Positions 49,758 to 60,559 of a DNA stretch of 61,203 nucleotides are shown in pieces. The position numbers and the translations under genes were made by a program. Position 1 is the stretch's first letter. The number at the start of each line of letters is the position of its first letter. The stretch lies in NCBI GenBank assembly GCA_031260965.1, contig JAISKK010000012.1:1-61203 (forward strand). Reading direction: 5' to 3'. The notes beneath the pieces were generated by a model. The model saw only the letters and a list, made by a program, of their open reading frames with translations. It ran no database searches and was not told where the DNA came from. The stretch is from Desulfovibrio sp. GTDB taxonomy: Bacteria > Desulfobacterota > Desulfovibrionia > Desulfovibrionales > Desulfovibrionaceae.

Positions 49758-50705
49758 ATGAGCATGGAATATAAAGATTATTACAAAATACTCGGCATCG
49801 GCAAAAACGCAAGCGCCGAAGAGATCGGCAAGGCTTACAAAAAATTGGCGCGCAAACACCACCCGGACCTGAATCAGGGCGATAAGGGGGCCGAGGAGCG
49901 CTTCAAGGATATAAATGAAGCCCATGAAGTCCTTAAGGACCAGGAAAAGCGCAGGCTTTACGACCAGTTGGGTCCGAATTGGCAGAACGGTCAGAATTTC
50001 CAGCGCCCGCCGGGTTTTGAAAATGTCCGCTTTGATTTCGGCGGTATGGGCCAGGGCGGTTCCGGATTCAGCGACTTTTTTGAGACCCTCTTCGGCGGCG
50101 GGGGCGGACGCGGCTTCTCCGGGGGCTTCGGCGGCGGCAGTCCCTTTGAGGGCGCGGAATTCGGCCCCAGACACTCCGCCCCGCGCAAGGGCCGGGATGT
50201 GGAGGCCGGTCTGCGTCTGAGCCTGGAGGACGCCTTTAACGGCGGCAAAAAAACTATTACCCTTGCGGGCGGGCCGGGGGCGGCGCAGCGTTCCCTGGAG
50301 GTGAACATCCCGGCCGGCGTCAAAAACGGAGGGCGCATCCGGCTGTCCGGACAGGGGGACCAGGGTTCACCCGGCGCGCCGGCCGGAGATCTCTTCCTGA
50401 AGGTGGACATAGCCCCCCACCCCCACTTCAAGCTGGACGACACTGATGTCATTTACGATCTGCACATTCCGGCCTGGGACGGGGCTTTGGGAGCCAAAGT
50501 CACCATTCCCACCCTGTCCGGGCAGGTGGCCTTGAATATTGCCCCCGGAACGGGCAGCGGCAAAAAACTGCGTCTGCGCGGCAAAGGCCTGGGCAGCGGA
50601 AAAAACCGGGGTGATCAGCTGGTGCGGATTTTTATTGATGTCACCGAACCCGCCGGAGCGGAGGAACGCAAACTTTGGGAGAGCTTGCGGGGCCTGGGCA
50701 AATAG
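49758..50705 (+). CDS. cbpA: DnaJ-class co-chaperone, CbpA-like (J domain, G/F region, C-terminal domain, no Zn finger)
   Basis: YKDYYKILG, HPD, FSDFFETLFG, GDLFL, LRLRGKG. Confidence 0.85.
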   Translation: MSMEYKDYYKILGIGKNASAEEIGKAYKKLARKHHPDLNQGDKGAEERFKDINEAHEVLKDQEKRRLYDQLGPNWQNGQNFQRPPGFENVRFDFGGMGQGGSGFSDFFETLFGGGGGRGFSGGFGGGSPFEGAEFGPRHSAPRKGRDVEAGLRLSLEDAFNGGKKTITLAGGPGAAQRSLEVNIPAGVKNGGRIRLSGQGDQGSPGAPAGDLFLKVDIAPHPHFKLDDTDVIYDLHIPAWDGALGAKVTIPTLSGQVALNIAPGTGSGKKLRLRGKGLGSGKNRGDQLVRIFIDVTEPAGAEERKLWESLRGLGK

Positions 50706-50777
50706 GCGCAGGCGAACTTTGCTCGTAAGCGGCCATGGGAGGGCGTCAATTGCTCAAAAGAAAACAAAGGCCTTGCG

Positions 50778-51254
50778 TCAGCATGCTTTTTCCCGTTTGC
50801 GTTCCAGGTGGAAGACCAGCACGGCCCCGAGCATTTTGCTGGCGCTCATCAGCAGGACCGAGAGAGGGGAGAGCAGGTCTACCAGCCAGAGGAAGATCAG
50901 GCTGTCTACCGGGGTGCTGATCAGGCTGGAGATGAGTATGCGCTGGGAAAAGGGACGAGCGCTTATGGTGTAAATGCCCCAGTCCAGCATTTCGCCGGCG
51001 AAAAAGGCGCAGGCGGCGGCGAAAGCGATAGTCGGGGTGGAGAAAAAGGCGCTGATCAGCGCCCCCAGAAGCATGGCCGGCAGGATCAGGTGTCCGATTT
51101 CACGTTGCGCGTAATCGCGGATTACAAATATAAAACCGACGATCAGGGAGGCCGGGGGCCAGATGTCCCCGCCCGGCATCTGCAGAGGAGGCAGGGCGTC
51201 AAAGGCCCAGTTTACAAAAATTACGGCGAGGATATAGAGAACTGTGTATTTCAT
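50778..51254 (-). CDS. VUT (vitamin uptake transporter)-family membrane protein
   Basis: GFIFVIRDYAQREIG, AFFAGEMLDWGIYT, STPVDS. Confidence 0.75.
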   Translation of the reverse strand: MKYTVLYILAVIFVNWAFDALPPLQMPGGDIWPPASLIVGFIFVIRDYAQREIGHLILPAMLLGALISAFFSTPTIAFAAACAFFAGEMLDWGIYTISARPFSQRILISSLISTPVDSLIFLWLVDLLSPLSVLLMSASKMLGAVLVFHLERKREKAC

Positions 51255-51359
51255 GTTTTTTGTCCTGTCATGTAAGCCCAAACGGGTAGCCCAAACATAC
51301 AAAGAGGCGGCTGTTTAGGCAAGTCCCGGCTCAGCCGGAAAAACAAAGGAGAATTCGTT

Positions 51360-52229
51360 ATGAAGAAGATCGGTTTTATCGGAGTGGGCATTATGGGCAA
51401 ATCCATGGTACGAAACCTGATGAAAGCCGGCTTTGAACTGCATATTTTTGCGCGCTCCAAAGCGAAGGTGGAGGATGTGATCAGCGAAGGCGCTGTTTTC
51501 CATGATTCCATCGCCGGTTGCGTCAAAGGCTGTGCAGCCGTCATTACGATTGTCGGTTTTCCCAACGATGTGGAAGAAGTCTATTTTGCGAAAGGAAACA
51601 TTCTCGACAGCGCCGAGCCGGGAAGCTGTCTGATTGATATGACGACGACCAGCCCGAAGCTTGCGGAAAAGATTTATGCGCAAGGCACGGCCAAAGGGCA
51701 TCATGTCCTTGACGCGCCCGTGACCGGCGGCGACACCGGCGCCAAAGCCGGAACCCTGTCCATTCTCGTGGGCGGCCGCAAAGAAGATTATGAAAGTTGC
51801 CTGCCCCTGTTTAAGGCAATGGGCACGAACATCCAGTATCATGGCAAAGCGGGATGCGGTCAGCACGCCAAGCTGGCCAATCAGATTATGATCGCGGGAG
51901 CCATGTCCGGACTGTGTGAGGCGCTGGCCTACGCGAAATTGAAAGGTCTTGATTTGAAAACTCTTCTGGCCTCCGTGGCCACCGGTTCCGCCGGAAGCAA
52001 ACAGTTGGATATTTTTGGCCCCAGGATTTTGGCCGATGATTTTGCGCCGGGATTTTTTATGAAACATTTCATCAAGGACATGAAATTGGCGGTCGCGGAA
52101 GCGGAAGACGGCGGCTTGCATCTGGAAATGCTGCGGCAGGTTCTTTCCAACTATGAGGCCCTGGAAGCGGAAGGCTACGGCAATTCAGGGACACAGGCCT
52201 TGATAAAACACTACAAAAAACAGAGGTAG
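51360..52229 (+). CDS. NAD(P)-dependent beta-hydroxyacid dehydrogenase (3-hydroxyisobutyrate/tartronate semialdehyde family)
   Basis: GFIGVGIMG, DAPVTGGD, AKLANQI, FFMKHFIKDM. Confidence 0.92.
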   Translation: MKKIGFIGVGIMGKSMVRNLMKAGFELHIFARSKAKVEDVISEGAVFHDSIAGCVKGCAAVITIVGFPNDVEEVYFAKGNILDSAEPGSCLIDMTTTSPKLAEKIYAQGTAKGHHVLDAPVTGGDTGAKAGTLSILVGGRKEDYESCLPLFKAMGTNIQYHGKAGCGQHAKLANQIMIAGAMSGLCEALAYAKLKGLDLKTLLASVATGSAGSKQLDIFGPRILADDFAPGFFMKHFIKDMKLAVAEAEDGGLHLEMLRQVLSNYEALEAEGYGNSGTQALIKHYKKQR

Positions 52230-52488
52230 CGTTCCGCCCCGGTCCACCGGAGCATTTCGCCTGAGATTGTCGCCTGCGGCAAGCAAAAGCCCGCCTGCTC
52301 CAATCTCGCGGCAAGGCTTTGCAGGCAAACCCTTGCAGAGCGGAAGTACATATTCAATGTTCATCTGCTCCAGCCGGCGGATTGACTGGATATGTTTATA
52401 TGAATAAAGTATGCTGCGCCCTTGCCGCAAACGCGCGGTTTTAAGTGAAAAATGTCTGGTGCGGCAAGAGGGGAGAGCAGGAGAAAAT

Positions 52489-53385
52489 ATGTTAAAGCAT
52501 TTTGTCAGGATCGGAGACCTCGGCAAAGAGGCCCAGGTTCTTTTGCAGCGCGCCGGGGAAATGAAGGCCGGGCGCTATCCCGGTGAACTCTTGCGCGGCA
52601 AGATTCTCCTGCTGATCTTCGAGAAGGCCTCCACCCGTACCAGACTGTCTTTTGAAGTAGGCATAAGACGTCTGGGCGGGCAGTGCATCTTCATGACCCC
52701 TGCGGAAAGTCAGCTTGGCCGTTCGGAGCCTATCGCGGATACGGCCCGAGTCATTTCCCGCTACAATGACGGAGTGGTCATCCGTACCTTTTCGGAAAGC
52801 AGGCTGCGTCAGATAATTGAATACGGCAGTATCCCGGTGATCAACGCCTTAACCGACGAAGGTCACCCTTGTCAGGTATTGAGTGATGTCTTCACCATGT
52901 ATGAGCATCGCCCGGATCTGACCGCCCTCAAGGTGGCCTGGGTAGGAGACGGGAACAATATGGCCAATTCCCTGATCGAGGCCGCGGGCGTCTTCGGTTT
53001 TGCTCTGACCCTGGCCTGTCCAGAGGCTTATGCACCGGATGCGGGAGTGCTGGAGACGACGCTGAAAGCCGGCGGGCGTGTGCGTCTGGTCCGGGACCCG
53101 GCCGAGGCGTGTGCCGGAGCGGATTTTGTACATACCGATGTCTGGGCCTCCATGGGTCAGGAAGAGGAGCGTCTGGCCAGGGAAAAGGCTTTCAGCGGCT
53201 ATTATGTGGACAAAAAACTGATGTCTCTGGCCGCTCCGGGGGCCTGCTTCATGCATTGTCTGCCCGCCCACAAGGGCGAGGAAGTCAGCGAAGATGTCTT
53301 TGAAGGCCCGGCCTCTATTGTCTTTGATCAGGCCGAGAACCGCCTGCATATGCAGATGGCGATTATGGAATGGGTGTTTAAATAG
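52489..53385 (+). CDS. argF: Ornithine carbamoyltransferase
   Basis: STRTR, HPCQ, DVWASMG, HCLP, QAENR. Confidence 0.97.
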   Translation: MLKHFVRIGDLGKEAQVLLQRAGEMKAGRYPGELLRGKILLLIFEKASTRTRLSFEVGIRRLGGQCIFMTPAESQLGRSEPIADTARVISRYNDGVVIRTFSESRLRQIIEYGSIPVINALTDEGHPCQVLSDVFTMYEHRPDLTALKVAWVGDGNNMANSLIEAAGVFGFALTLACPEAYAPDAGVLETTLKAGGRVRLVRDPAEACAGADFVHTDVWASMGQEEERLAREKAFSGYYVDKKLMSLAAPGACFMHCLPAHKGEEVSEDVFEGPASIVFDQAENRLHMQMAIMEWVFK

Positions 53386-53411
53386 AGCAAATCAACAGCA
53401 AGGCGCGAACC

Positions 53412-54608
53412 ATGCCCAAAAAAGTTAACAAAGTCGTGCTTGCCTACTCCGGCGGGCTGGATACCTCGGTCATTCTCAAATGGCTGCAGGAAGAATATAA
53501 ATGTGAAGTGATTACCCTGACCTGCGATCTCGGTCAGGAGGAAGAATTGTCAGGGGTTGAGGAAAAGGCCCTGAAAACGGGCGCGTCCAAAGTCTACATT
53601 GAGGATCTGCGTGAAGAATTCGCCCGTGATTTCATCTTCCCCATGCTGCGGGCCGGGGCGATTTATGAAGGGCGCTATCTGCTCGGAACCTCCATAGCCC
53701 GGCCCCTGATCGCCAAAAAGCTCGTCGAAGTCGCGGTCCGCGAAGGGGCCGACGCCATAGCCCACGGAGCTACCGGCAAGGGCAACGATCAGGTGCGTTT
53801 TGAGCTTACGGTCATGTCTCTGGCGCCGGAGCTTTCCGTCATCGCCCCCTGGCGGATCTGGAAACTCAAATCGCGTACGGATCTGAACAATTTCGCGGAA
53901 AAGCACGGTATCCCCCTCTCTTCCGGGGCAAAGCACTACAGCATGGATCGCAACATGCTGCATCTTTCTTTTGAGAGCGGCGAGCTGGAAGACCCCTGGG
54001 AAGAAGCCGGACCGGGTTCATACATCCTCTCTGTGCCTCCGGAAAAAGCCCCGGACAAGGCCGAGTATGTGGAAATAGAATTTGCCGCGGGCAATCCGGT
54101 GGCCCTGAACGGGGAAAAACTCTCTCCCGCCGCTTTGATTACGGCCCTGAACGGGATCGGCGGACGCAACGGGGTTGGACGCCTGGATATGGTGGAGAAC
54201 CGCTATGTGGGCATGAAAGCGCGCGGGGTCTATGAAACGCCCGGAGGCAGCATTCTTTATGCCGCGCACCGGGACCTGGAAGGCATCTGTCTGGACCGCG
54301 AGGTCATGCATCTGCGCGATTCCCTCATCCCCCGCTACGCAACGGCGATTTACAACGGCTTCTGGTATTCCCCGGAGCGCGACTGCCTGCAAGCTTTCAT
54401 GGACAAAAGCCAGGAGAAGGTGAGCGGTGTTGTGCGCGTTAAGCTCTATAAGGGGAACATTCTGCCCGTCGGCCGCAAATCGCCTTATTCCCTGTTCCGT
54501 AAAGACCTGGCTACCTTTGAACGCGACGATGTCTATAACCAGGCCGACGCTTATGGTTTTATCCACTTGAACGGCCTGCGCATTCAGGGCTACGGGCGGA
54601 GACGTTGA
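53412..54608 (+). CDS. argG: Argininosuccinate synthase
   Basis: [23 protein letters not shown]. Confidence 0.98.
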   Translation: MPKKVNKVVLAYSGGLDTSVILKWLQEEYKCEVITLTCDLGQEEELSGVEEKALKTGASKVYIEDLREEFARDFIFPMLRAGAIYEGRYLLGTSIARPLIAKKLVEVAVREGADAIAHGATGKGNDQVRFELTVMSLAPELSVIAPWRIWKLKSRTDLNNFAEKHGIPLSSGAKHYSMDRNMLHLSFESGELEDPWEEAGPGSYILSVPPEKAPDKAEYVEIEFAAGNPVALNGEKLSPAALITALNGIGGRNGVGRLDMVENRYVGMKARGVYETPGGSILYAAHRDLEGICLDREVMHLRDSLIPRYATAIYNGFWYSPERDCLQAFMDKSQEKVSGVVRVKLYKGNILPVGRKSPYSLFRKDLATFERDDVYNQADAYGFIHLNGLRIQGYGRRR

Positions 54609-54611
54609 CCG

Positions 54612-56024
54612 ATGACCGGGGAAAAACTTTGGGACGGGCGCTTCACAGCCGGTCCCAGCGCCCTGCTTGAGGAATACACGCAATCCGTTTCTTATGATCG
54701 CGCCCTTTACCGCCAGGATATAGCCGGGTCCAAAGCCCATGTCCGCATGCTGGCCCGGCAGGGTATTGTAAGCGATGCGGAGGCGCAAAACCTGATCCGG
54801 GGTCTGGACGCGGTGCTGGGCGAAATCAAGACCGGCGTCTTTGTCTGGAAAATCGCGCACGAAGACGTGCATATGAATATTGAGAGCCGACTGACGGAGA
54901 TTGTGGGCGAGGTCGGGAAAAAACTGCACACCGGCCGTAGCCGCAATGATCAGGTAGCCCTTGATTTTCGTCTTTTCGTCTCGGACCGGGTCCGAGAATG
55001 GGGAGATTTGCTGCGTGAACTTATCGGTACGCTTACGGACCGTGCCGGAGAAAACATCAAAACCCTTTTGCCCGGCCTTACCCACATGCAGCCGGCCCAG
55101 CCTGTGAGTCTGGCCCAGCATCTGCTCGCTTACGCCTTTATGTTCCGCCGCGATGCGGACAGGCTGACGGACGCGGACATGCGCATCCGCATCTCGCCTT
55201 TGGGCGCGGCCGCCCTGGCCGGAACTCCCTATCCTCTGGACCCGGAATCCGTGGCCGCTGAACTGGGCATGAACGGCGTTTTTGCCAACAGCATGGATGC
55301 CGTATCGGACCGGGATTTTGCTCTTGAGGCCATGTTCTGCGCTGCCTTGATCATGATGCACCTCTCGCGCCTGTGCGAGGATTTGATCCTCTGGGCCAAC
55401 CCCTCCTTCGGCTTCGTACGCTTGCCGGACGCTTACTCCACCGGCTCAAGCATTATGCCGCAGAAAAAAAACCCGGATGTGGCCGAGCTTATGCGCGGCA
55501 AAACCGGCCGGGTTTACGGATCGCTTATGGCCTTGCTGACTACCTTGAAGGGTCTGCCCATGACCTATAACCGGGATTTGCAGGAGGACAAGGAACAGTT
55601 TCTGGACCTGGACCGGACCTTGAGCTTATCCTTGCGGATCGCGTCCGGCATGATGCGGGAAATGGGCTTTGTACCGGAGAAAATGCGCGCCGCCTTAAGC
55701 CGGGGTTTTCTCAACGCCACAGATCTGGCCGATTATCTGACCGCCAGAGGGGTGCCTTTCCGCAAGGCGCATCGTATGGCGGGCCGGGCTGTGGCCGAGG
55801 CGGAAAAACGCGGTCTGGGAATAGAGGAACTGCCCCTGGAGTGGCTGCGCGGAATTTCTCCGTTGATTGAAGAAGATATTTATCCTGCTCTGGATTTCGC
55901 GCGTTCGGCAGCCGTGCGCGAAAGCCCGGGCGGGACCGGGGCGAAATCCGTCCGTCGGCAGATCTCCGTTCTGCGTTCTTATTTAAGGCGCGGGCGCAAA
56001 GACGACAGGAAAAAGGTCCGGTGA
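54612..56024 (+). CDS. argH: Argininosuccinate lyase
   Basis: [36 protein letters not shown]. Confidence 0.98.
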   Translation: MTGEKLWDGRFTAGPSALLEEYTQSVSYDRALYRQDIAGSKAHVRMLARQGIVSDAEAQNLIRGLDAVLGEIKTGVFVWKIAHEDVHMNIESRLTEIVGEVGKKLHTGRSRNDQVALDFRLFVSDRVREWGDLLRELIGTLTDRAGENIKTLLPGLTHMQPAQPVSLAQHLLAYAFMFRRDADRLTDADMRIRISPLGAAALAGTPYPLDPESVAAELGMNGVFANSMDAVSDRDFALEAMFCAALIMMHLSRLCEDLILWANPSFGFVRLPDAYSTGSSIMPQKKNPDVAELMRGKTGRVYGSLMALLTTLKGLPMTYNRDLQEDKEQFLDLDRTLSLSLRIASGMMREMGFVPEKMRAALSRGFLNATDLADYLTARGVPFRKAHRMAGRAVAEAEKRGLGIEELPLEWLRGISPLIEEDIYPALDFARSAAVRESPGGTGAKSVRRQISVLRSYLRRGRKDDRKKVR

Positions 56025-56085
56025 TGCTGCCGGAAACCCCCGGCATTCATTCGGCCTGTTGCATAAGGAAGGGGGACTGTTTCTG

Positions 56086-56727
56086 ATGTGTGAAGCAGAA
56101 AAAACGCGTTGCGGCTGGGCGAGCGGCCTTGACCTTGCGGTTCGCTATCATGATCAGGAATGGGGCGTCCCGCGCTACGATGATCCGGGTCAGTTCGAGT
56201 TCCTGACCCTTGAGTCGGCTCAGGCGGGACTTTCCTGGAATACCATCCTCAAAAAGCGCGAAGGCTATCGGCATTGCTTTGCCGGATTCGATCCGAAACA
56301 GGTGGCAGGGTTCACGGTTAAGGATGTTGAACGGTTGATGGCGGATGCCTCCATCGTGCGCAATCGCAAAAAAATCGAAAGCGCCATCAGCAATGCGCGG
56401 ATTTTTCTGGATCTCGCCGCCAAACACGGCACCTTCTGCAAGTGGTTCTGGGGATTTGTGGATGGGCAGCCCGTCCAGAACGCCTGGAAAGATATGCGTG
56501 AGGTTCCGCCCACCAGCCCTCTCTCCGATGCCATTGCCAAAGAAATGAAGAAGCTGGGCTTCAAATTTATGGGCAGCACCATCGTTTACGCGCATATGCA
56601 GGCCACCGGCATGGTCAATGACCATCTGACTTCATGCTTTCGCTACGATCCGGTGCGCGCTTTGTCGAAGGGCGCGGCAATTCGGAAGGGAAGGCTACAG
56701 GCCATTGCCTCCTGCGCCTTGCCGTGA
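56086..56727 (+). CDS. tag: DNA-3-methyladenine glycosylase I
   Basis: RCGW, YHDQEWG, QAGLSW, IVRNRKKI, GMVNDH...C. Confidence 0.95.
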   Translation: MCEAEKTRCGWASGLDLAVRYHDQEWGVPRYDDPGQFEFLTLESAQAGLSWNTILKKREGYRHCFAGFDPKQVAGFTVKDVERLMADASIVRNRKKIESAISNARIFLDLAAKHGTFCKWFWGFVDGQPVQNAWKDMREVPPTSPLSDAIAKEMKKLGFKFMGSTIVYAHMQATGMVNDHLTSCFRYDPVRALSKGAAIRKGRLQAIASCALP

Positions 56728-56783
56728 TTTGCGGCGGTGTTTTGTAAAGGCAACGCCGGTCTCTTTACGACTTTACTCCACCC

Positions 56784-57593
56784 TCAACCGGACTCGCCGC
56801 TTTTCTGCGCCGCGATTACAAGATCCTTGCCGATAAACAAATCTCTGGATAATAAGGCGTCACGCATTTTACTTATTCTTTTTATGTCAGCGTCCGTCTC
56901 CACTTCATATCCTTCAAGTTTGCTTTTATGCTTCAATAAAAAGTAATGTGTGCTGATCCAGAACAAGGGCAGGAGACATAAGGTAATATTGTCAAGCATG
57001 TCTATCTCTGATGCCTGTGCAGACGTTATTGTCAGTCCGGACTTGGTCAGAAAATATTCCAGTTCCGGATAACCGACCAGATTGATGTGTTCTTCACCCA
57101 GCGGGTATTTTAAATTTATAGGTTTCGGCATTCCCCGGTAAAATCCGGTCAGCAGATAATAAAGGCGGGAGCGCAAGCAGAGGCGGTTCGGCAAAGTCAG
57201 TATGACAACGCCTTGCGGCTTCAGATGCCGTTCAAAAATACGCAATGCATGTGGGATATTTTCCACATGCTCAATTACTTCCCGGCAGAGTATCGCATCA
57301 AAAGGCGCTTTGGGCAGCGAGACATCGGGCAGGTTAATATCAATTTCGTGCTCTTCCAGACCGTATTGCGCGTGTCCATAGCTGTGTAAGTTGGATATGG
57401 TCACGACATGCCCCATATCCCGCAAGGTCCTCGCAAGATGCGCCCCGCCCGCGCTGACTTCAAAGATGTTGAGATTTTTGTGGGCCGGGAGCAGGCTTGC
57501 GATCAGGGAATCTTTTTTGATCTCTCTAAGGACGCGGGGCATACAAGGCAACCTTGCTTTTGCATTGCGTCACTGCCGGACTTTTTGGAGCAT
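56784..57593 (-). CDS. Class I SAM-dependent methyltransferase; in-frame TGA at codon 8 if it starts at ATG 57593, otherwise starts at 57551 or 57542
   Basis: EVSAGGA motif I variant, FDAILCREVIEHV, LKPQGVVILTLPN; visibly AT-richer than the flanking genes. Confidence 0.75.
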
Positions 57594-57764
57594 GACCGGA
57601 CCTTGGCCTGCTGACCCGCTTTGCGGGAGTGACCGCTTGCAGTGGCTGCGTTTACTTAGCCTTTTTATAACTTTTACGTCAATAGTTTGCGTAATAGTTT
57701 ATAAGAAGCTTCTAAATTTCCTGAGAGTATGCCGCTATGCGGGTTTTACCGCATGGAGGGCTTA

Positions 57765-58112
57765 ATGGCGCAACAATCCCGGAGACCGTTGACCTCTGTT
57801 TTCGGCACGATTGTTGCCGAGAAACGCAAGTTGCAGGAGATGAGCCAGGAAGAACTGGCGGAGAAGGTGGGAATTTCTCAGGTCGCTTTGTCGCGTATGG
57901 AAAAAGGCATCATCGCGCCACGTTTCGAGCGCCTGCAAAATTTTGCTGATGCCCTTGGCTGCTCCGTGTCGGAACTTTTTCCGCCTCCGGAAAAACACTA
58001 TGCGCGGGCGGCGGACATCGCGGATATCATCACCTGTCTGTCAGATGAACAGCAAAAAGAACTTATTGAAATAGCGGCAAAAATAGTCAAAATTACACGC
58101 CCCAAAGCTTAG
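57765..58112 (+). CDS. XRE-family helix-turn-helix regulator
   Basis: MSQEELAEKVGISQVALSRMEKG; RBS GGAGG before ATG 57765. Confidence 0.9.
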   Translation: MAQQSRRPLTSVFGTIVAEKRKLQEMSQEELAEKVGISQVALSRMEKGIIAPRFERLQNFADALGCSVSELFPPPEKHYARAADIADIITCLSDEQQKELIEIAAKIVKITRPKA

Positions 58113-58117
58113 ACGCA

Positions 58118-58960
58118 TTAATCTGGTCTGTGTATATCTCCGATGCGGCGTATGACTGCGGCGGAATCCCTTTGTACTGTGCGGGCGTAGCGAACGGCCG
58201 GAAGCCCGAAAAGTATGGTATAGAAAGGGGCAGCAGGTGCGATCCCCAATCTGCTTCTGAACTCGGGAGCAATTTCCAGTATTGTGCTCAGGATGCCACA
58301 CCAGCAGGCGCCGAGACCTGCGCAATTCGCCAGCATTTCAAAATAGGCCAAAGCGAGGATCACGTCTTCACGGGCACAAGGGGCGTCTTTGTCCGCAGTG
58401 ACAATGAGAAAATGTGGGGCGCCCCGGAAAATCCAGTCATCCCCTTTGTTTTTAAATGCCTTGAGGCCATCTCCTAAAAATTCTGGCAAAGCTGCGCCAT
58501 CCGCCTGTCGTTTTTCCAGGGCTTCAATGACTTCTCCCAGAATTGTTTTCGTAAGCTCACGCTTGTCTGAAAGCAGGAAGCTCAGGGCGCGGGCGTTACA
58601 TCCGGTAGGAGAGTTGGCAAGATCGGCCAGAAGACGTTTAATGAGGTCAGAAGGCACATCGTCCTGCCGATACTGGCGTACACTTCTACGACCCCGTACC
58701 AGGGTTTCCATGCTTTGCAGGTTGGGGAAAGAGTCCGAGGCAAGGGGAATACTGACTGCCGGGTCATGACCAAAAATGCTGATTGCGCCGGTGGGGCACA
58801 CCGCGAGGCAGTGTTCACATTGCAGACAACTGTTTTCTTCTCTTTTGGAGATTAGCGGGAGTTGATTTTTAAGACGAATGATGCCGCTGGGGCAGTCTCG
58901 TTCACATGCCCCGCAATGGGTACACTTCTCAGCATCTACAGTAAAATTTAAATTTGTCAT
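58118..58960 (-). CDS. Nitroreductase family protein with N-terminal 2[4Fe-4S] domain
   Basis: CTHCGACERDCP and CLQCEHCLAVCP; RRSVRQY, SPTGCN, GLGACWCG. Confidence 0.92.
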   Translation of the reverse strand: MTNLNFTVDAEKCTHCGACERDCPSGIIRLKNQLPLISKREENSCLQCEHCLAVCPTGAISIFGHDPAVSIPLASDSFPNLQSMETLVRGRRSVRQYRQDDVPSDLIKRLLADLANSPTGCNARALSFLLSDKRELTKTILGEVIEALEKRQADGAALPEFLGDGLKAFKNKGDDWIFRGAPHFLIVTADKDAPCAREDVILALAYFEMLANCAGLGACWCGILSTILEIAPEFRSRLGIAPAAPFYTILFGLPAVRYARTVQRDSAAVIRRIGDIHRPD

Positions 58961-59073
58961 GTCTGATGTCTCCTTTCTGTCTGCATATTATGGCCATCAT
59001 GTTTTGCTTGTTTTGCCGACATAATTTAATTGAACAGGTCGCAATTTTAGGCGACTGACCCGGATGAACTCGC

Positions 59074-59613
59074 TCAAACATTCTCGCCAAGGCGTTTCGC
59101 CTGCGCCAGCTCCGTGCGCCCTACAATTTCGCCCTGGTTGTGCAGGCCTGGGGCAACGATGATTCCGGCTTCATCCCATTTCAAGTATGTGGAAATCTGC
59201 CGAAACATGGAAATGGAAGACTTGGCTGCATTGTCCGAATCGTCACCGCAGGTCATCAACAGCGCGGCGCGCTTGACAGGCATACCTTCCTGCAGCAGGG
59301 CATAGAAGCGGTCGATGGCGAGCTTGATCTGGGCGGTGACGCCGAAATAGTAAACGGGCGAGGCGAGAACCAAAGCATCCGCTTTGCAGAGCGCGTCAAG
59401 TATCGGTGGCATGTCATCCTTCTGAACACAGACTCCCTGTTGCTTGAAACAATGGTTGCAACCGCGACAGCCTCCGATTTTTAAATCGGCTACACGAAAA
59501 AGTGCTATTTGCTTGCCCGCGGCTTTGGCGCCGTCAACGAAGGCTTGCGCCAGCCGGTCGGTATTGCCGCCTTTACGCGGGGAACCGGAAAGAATGACGA
59601 TGTTTTTGCTCAT
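59074..59613 (-). CDS. Flavodoxin-like iron-sulfur flavoprotein / NADPH-dependent FMN reductase family
   Basis: GSPRKGGNT, CRGCNHC...CVQKDDM, SPVYY. Confidence 0.92.
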   Translation of the reverse strand: MSKNIVILSGSPRKGGNTDRLAQAFVDGAKAAGKQIALFRVADLKIGGCRGCNHCFKQQGVCVQKDDMPPILDALCKADALVLASPVYYFGVTAQIKLAIDRFYALLQEGMPVKRAALLMTCGDDSDNAAKSSISMFRQISTYLKWDEAGIIVAPGLHNQGEIVGRTELAQAKRLGENV

Positions 59614-59661
59614 AACTGTCCTTTATTATCCAACAATTTTGTTTCGGTCATTGATCAGGGG

Positions 59662-60186
59662 TTATCCTAACATATTTTTTAGAGCGGCGCGATGCGATTC
59701 TGCGGAATCCTCGCTGAAGCAGACCAGTCGCACTTCCTCTATAGACGTTTCATGGCGGAGGAAATCGGCAACGGCCTGCACGGCTATTTTTGCGGCCTCT
59801 TCCCTGGGGTAAGCATAGACTCCGGTGGAAATCGCCGGGAAGGCAACGGTTTTAGCTCCCACCCGCACAGCTTCGCGCAGGGAGTTTTGATAGGCCGCGG
59901 CAAGAAGTTCAGCGGCTTTATCCGGGCTGTGGCGATGGTAAATCGGGCCAACGGTATGAATGACCCATACGGCAGGCAGTGCGTAGCCTTTGGTGGTTTT
60001 GGCCTCGCCCGTCTGGCAAGGGGCCAGGAGAAGCGATTCCTTGACCAGATTCGGACCTGCGGCTCTGTGAATTGCTCCGTCAACACCACCGCCGCCAGCA
60101 AGAGAATTGTTGGCGGCATTTACGATGGCGTCTACATTTTGCGTTGTAATGTCGCCAACCATGATTTTGATGCGCTGTTTAGTCAT
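59662..60186 (-). CDS. Macro-domain protein (O-acetyl-ADP-ribose deacetylase, YmdB-like)
   Basis: GDIT, AIVNAANNSLAGGGGVDGAIHRAAG, IHTVGP, AFPAISTGVY; RBS GGAGG before ATG 60186. Confidence 0.93.
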   Translation of the reverse strand: MTKQRIKIMVGDITTQNVDAIVNAANNSLAGGGGVDGAIHRAAGPNLVKESLLLAPCQTGEAKTTKGYALPAVWVIHTVGPIYHRHSPDKAAELLAAAYQNSLREAVRVGAKTVAFPAISTGVYAYPREEAAKIAVQAVADFLRHETSIEEVRLVCFSEDSAESHRAALKNMLG

Positions 60187-60559
60187 ACAGGGGACCTCCG
60201 TTGGAATTATTGAGCATAGAAAATGATGGCGCGTCAAGATTTTATCCGTTTCTCGCCCGCGACTATTTGGCGGCAAGGATTTACAGGAAATCCTTACAAG
60301 CATTTCATATGTTAAATGATCTAAAAGTCTCCCTCCCTCGCAAAGTCCCCGGCTATGGCACGGGTGAAACACAGTGCTTGCCATGCCTCTCCTGGAACAG
60401 CAAAAAAAATCTGCATCCATTCTGAAAAAATATCTTGACTTATTTTTGAGCAGGCTTTAGATATGTCGTCATATGTATGATGATATTTCCAATGATGTAC
60501 GATGATTTGTCCAATAAGGGTTTTACCCACAACCGATACCAATATTAAAGGGGAAAGCT

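Noticed and set aside
49635-50174. N-terminal extension of the 565-aa deacetylase ORF
   Set aside because: Antisense to cbpA; the domain begins at MKKSGTQSLPVLMYH (49634).
52398-52416. TATGAATAAAGTATGC as an ARG box upstream of argF
   Set aside because: Imperfect spacing, single copy, and no argR in the window.
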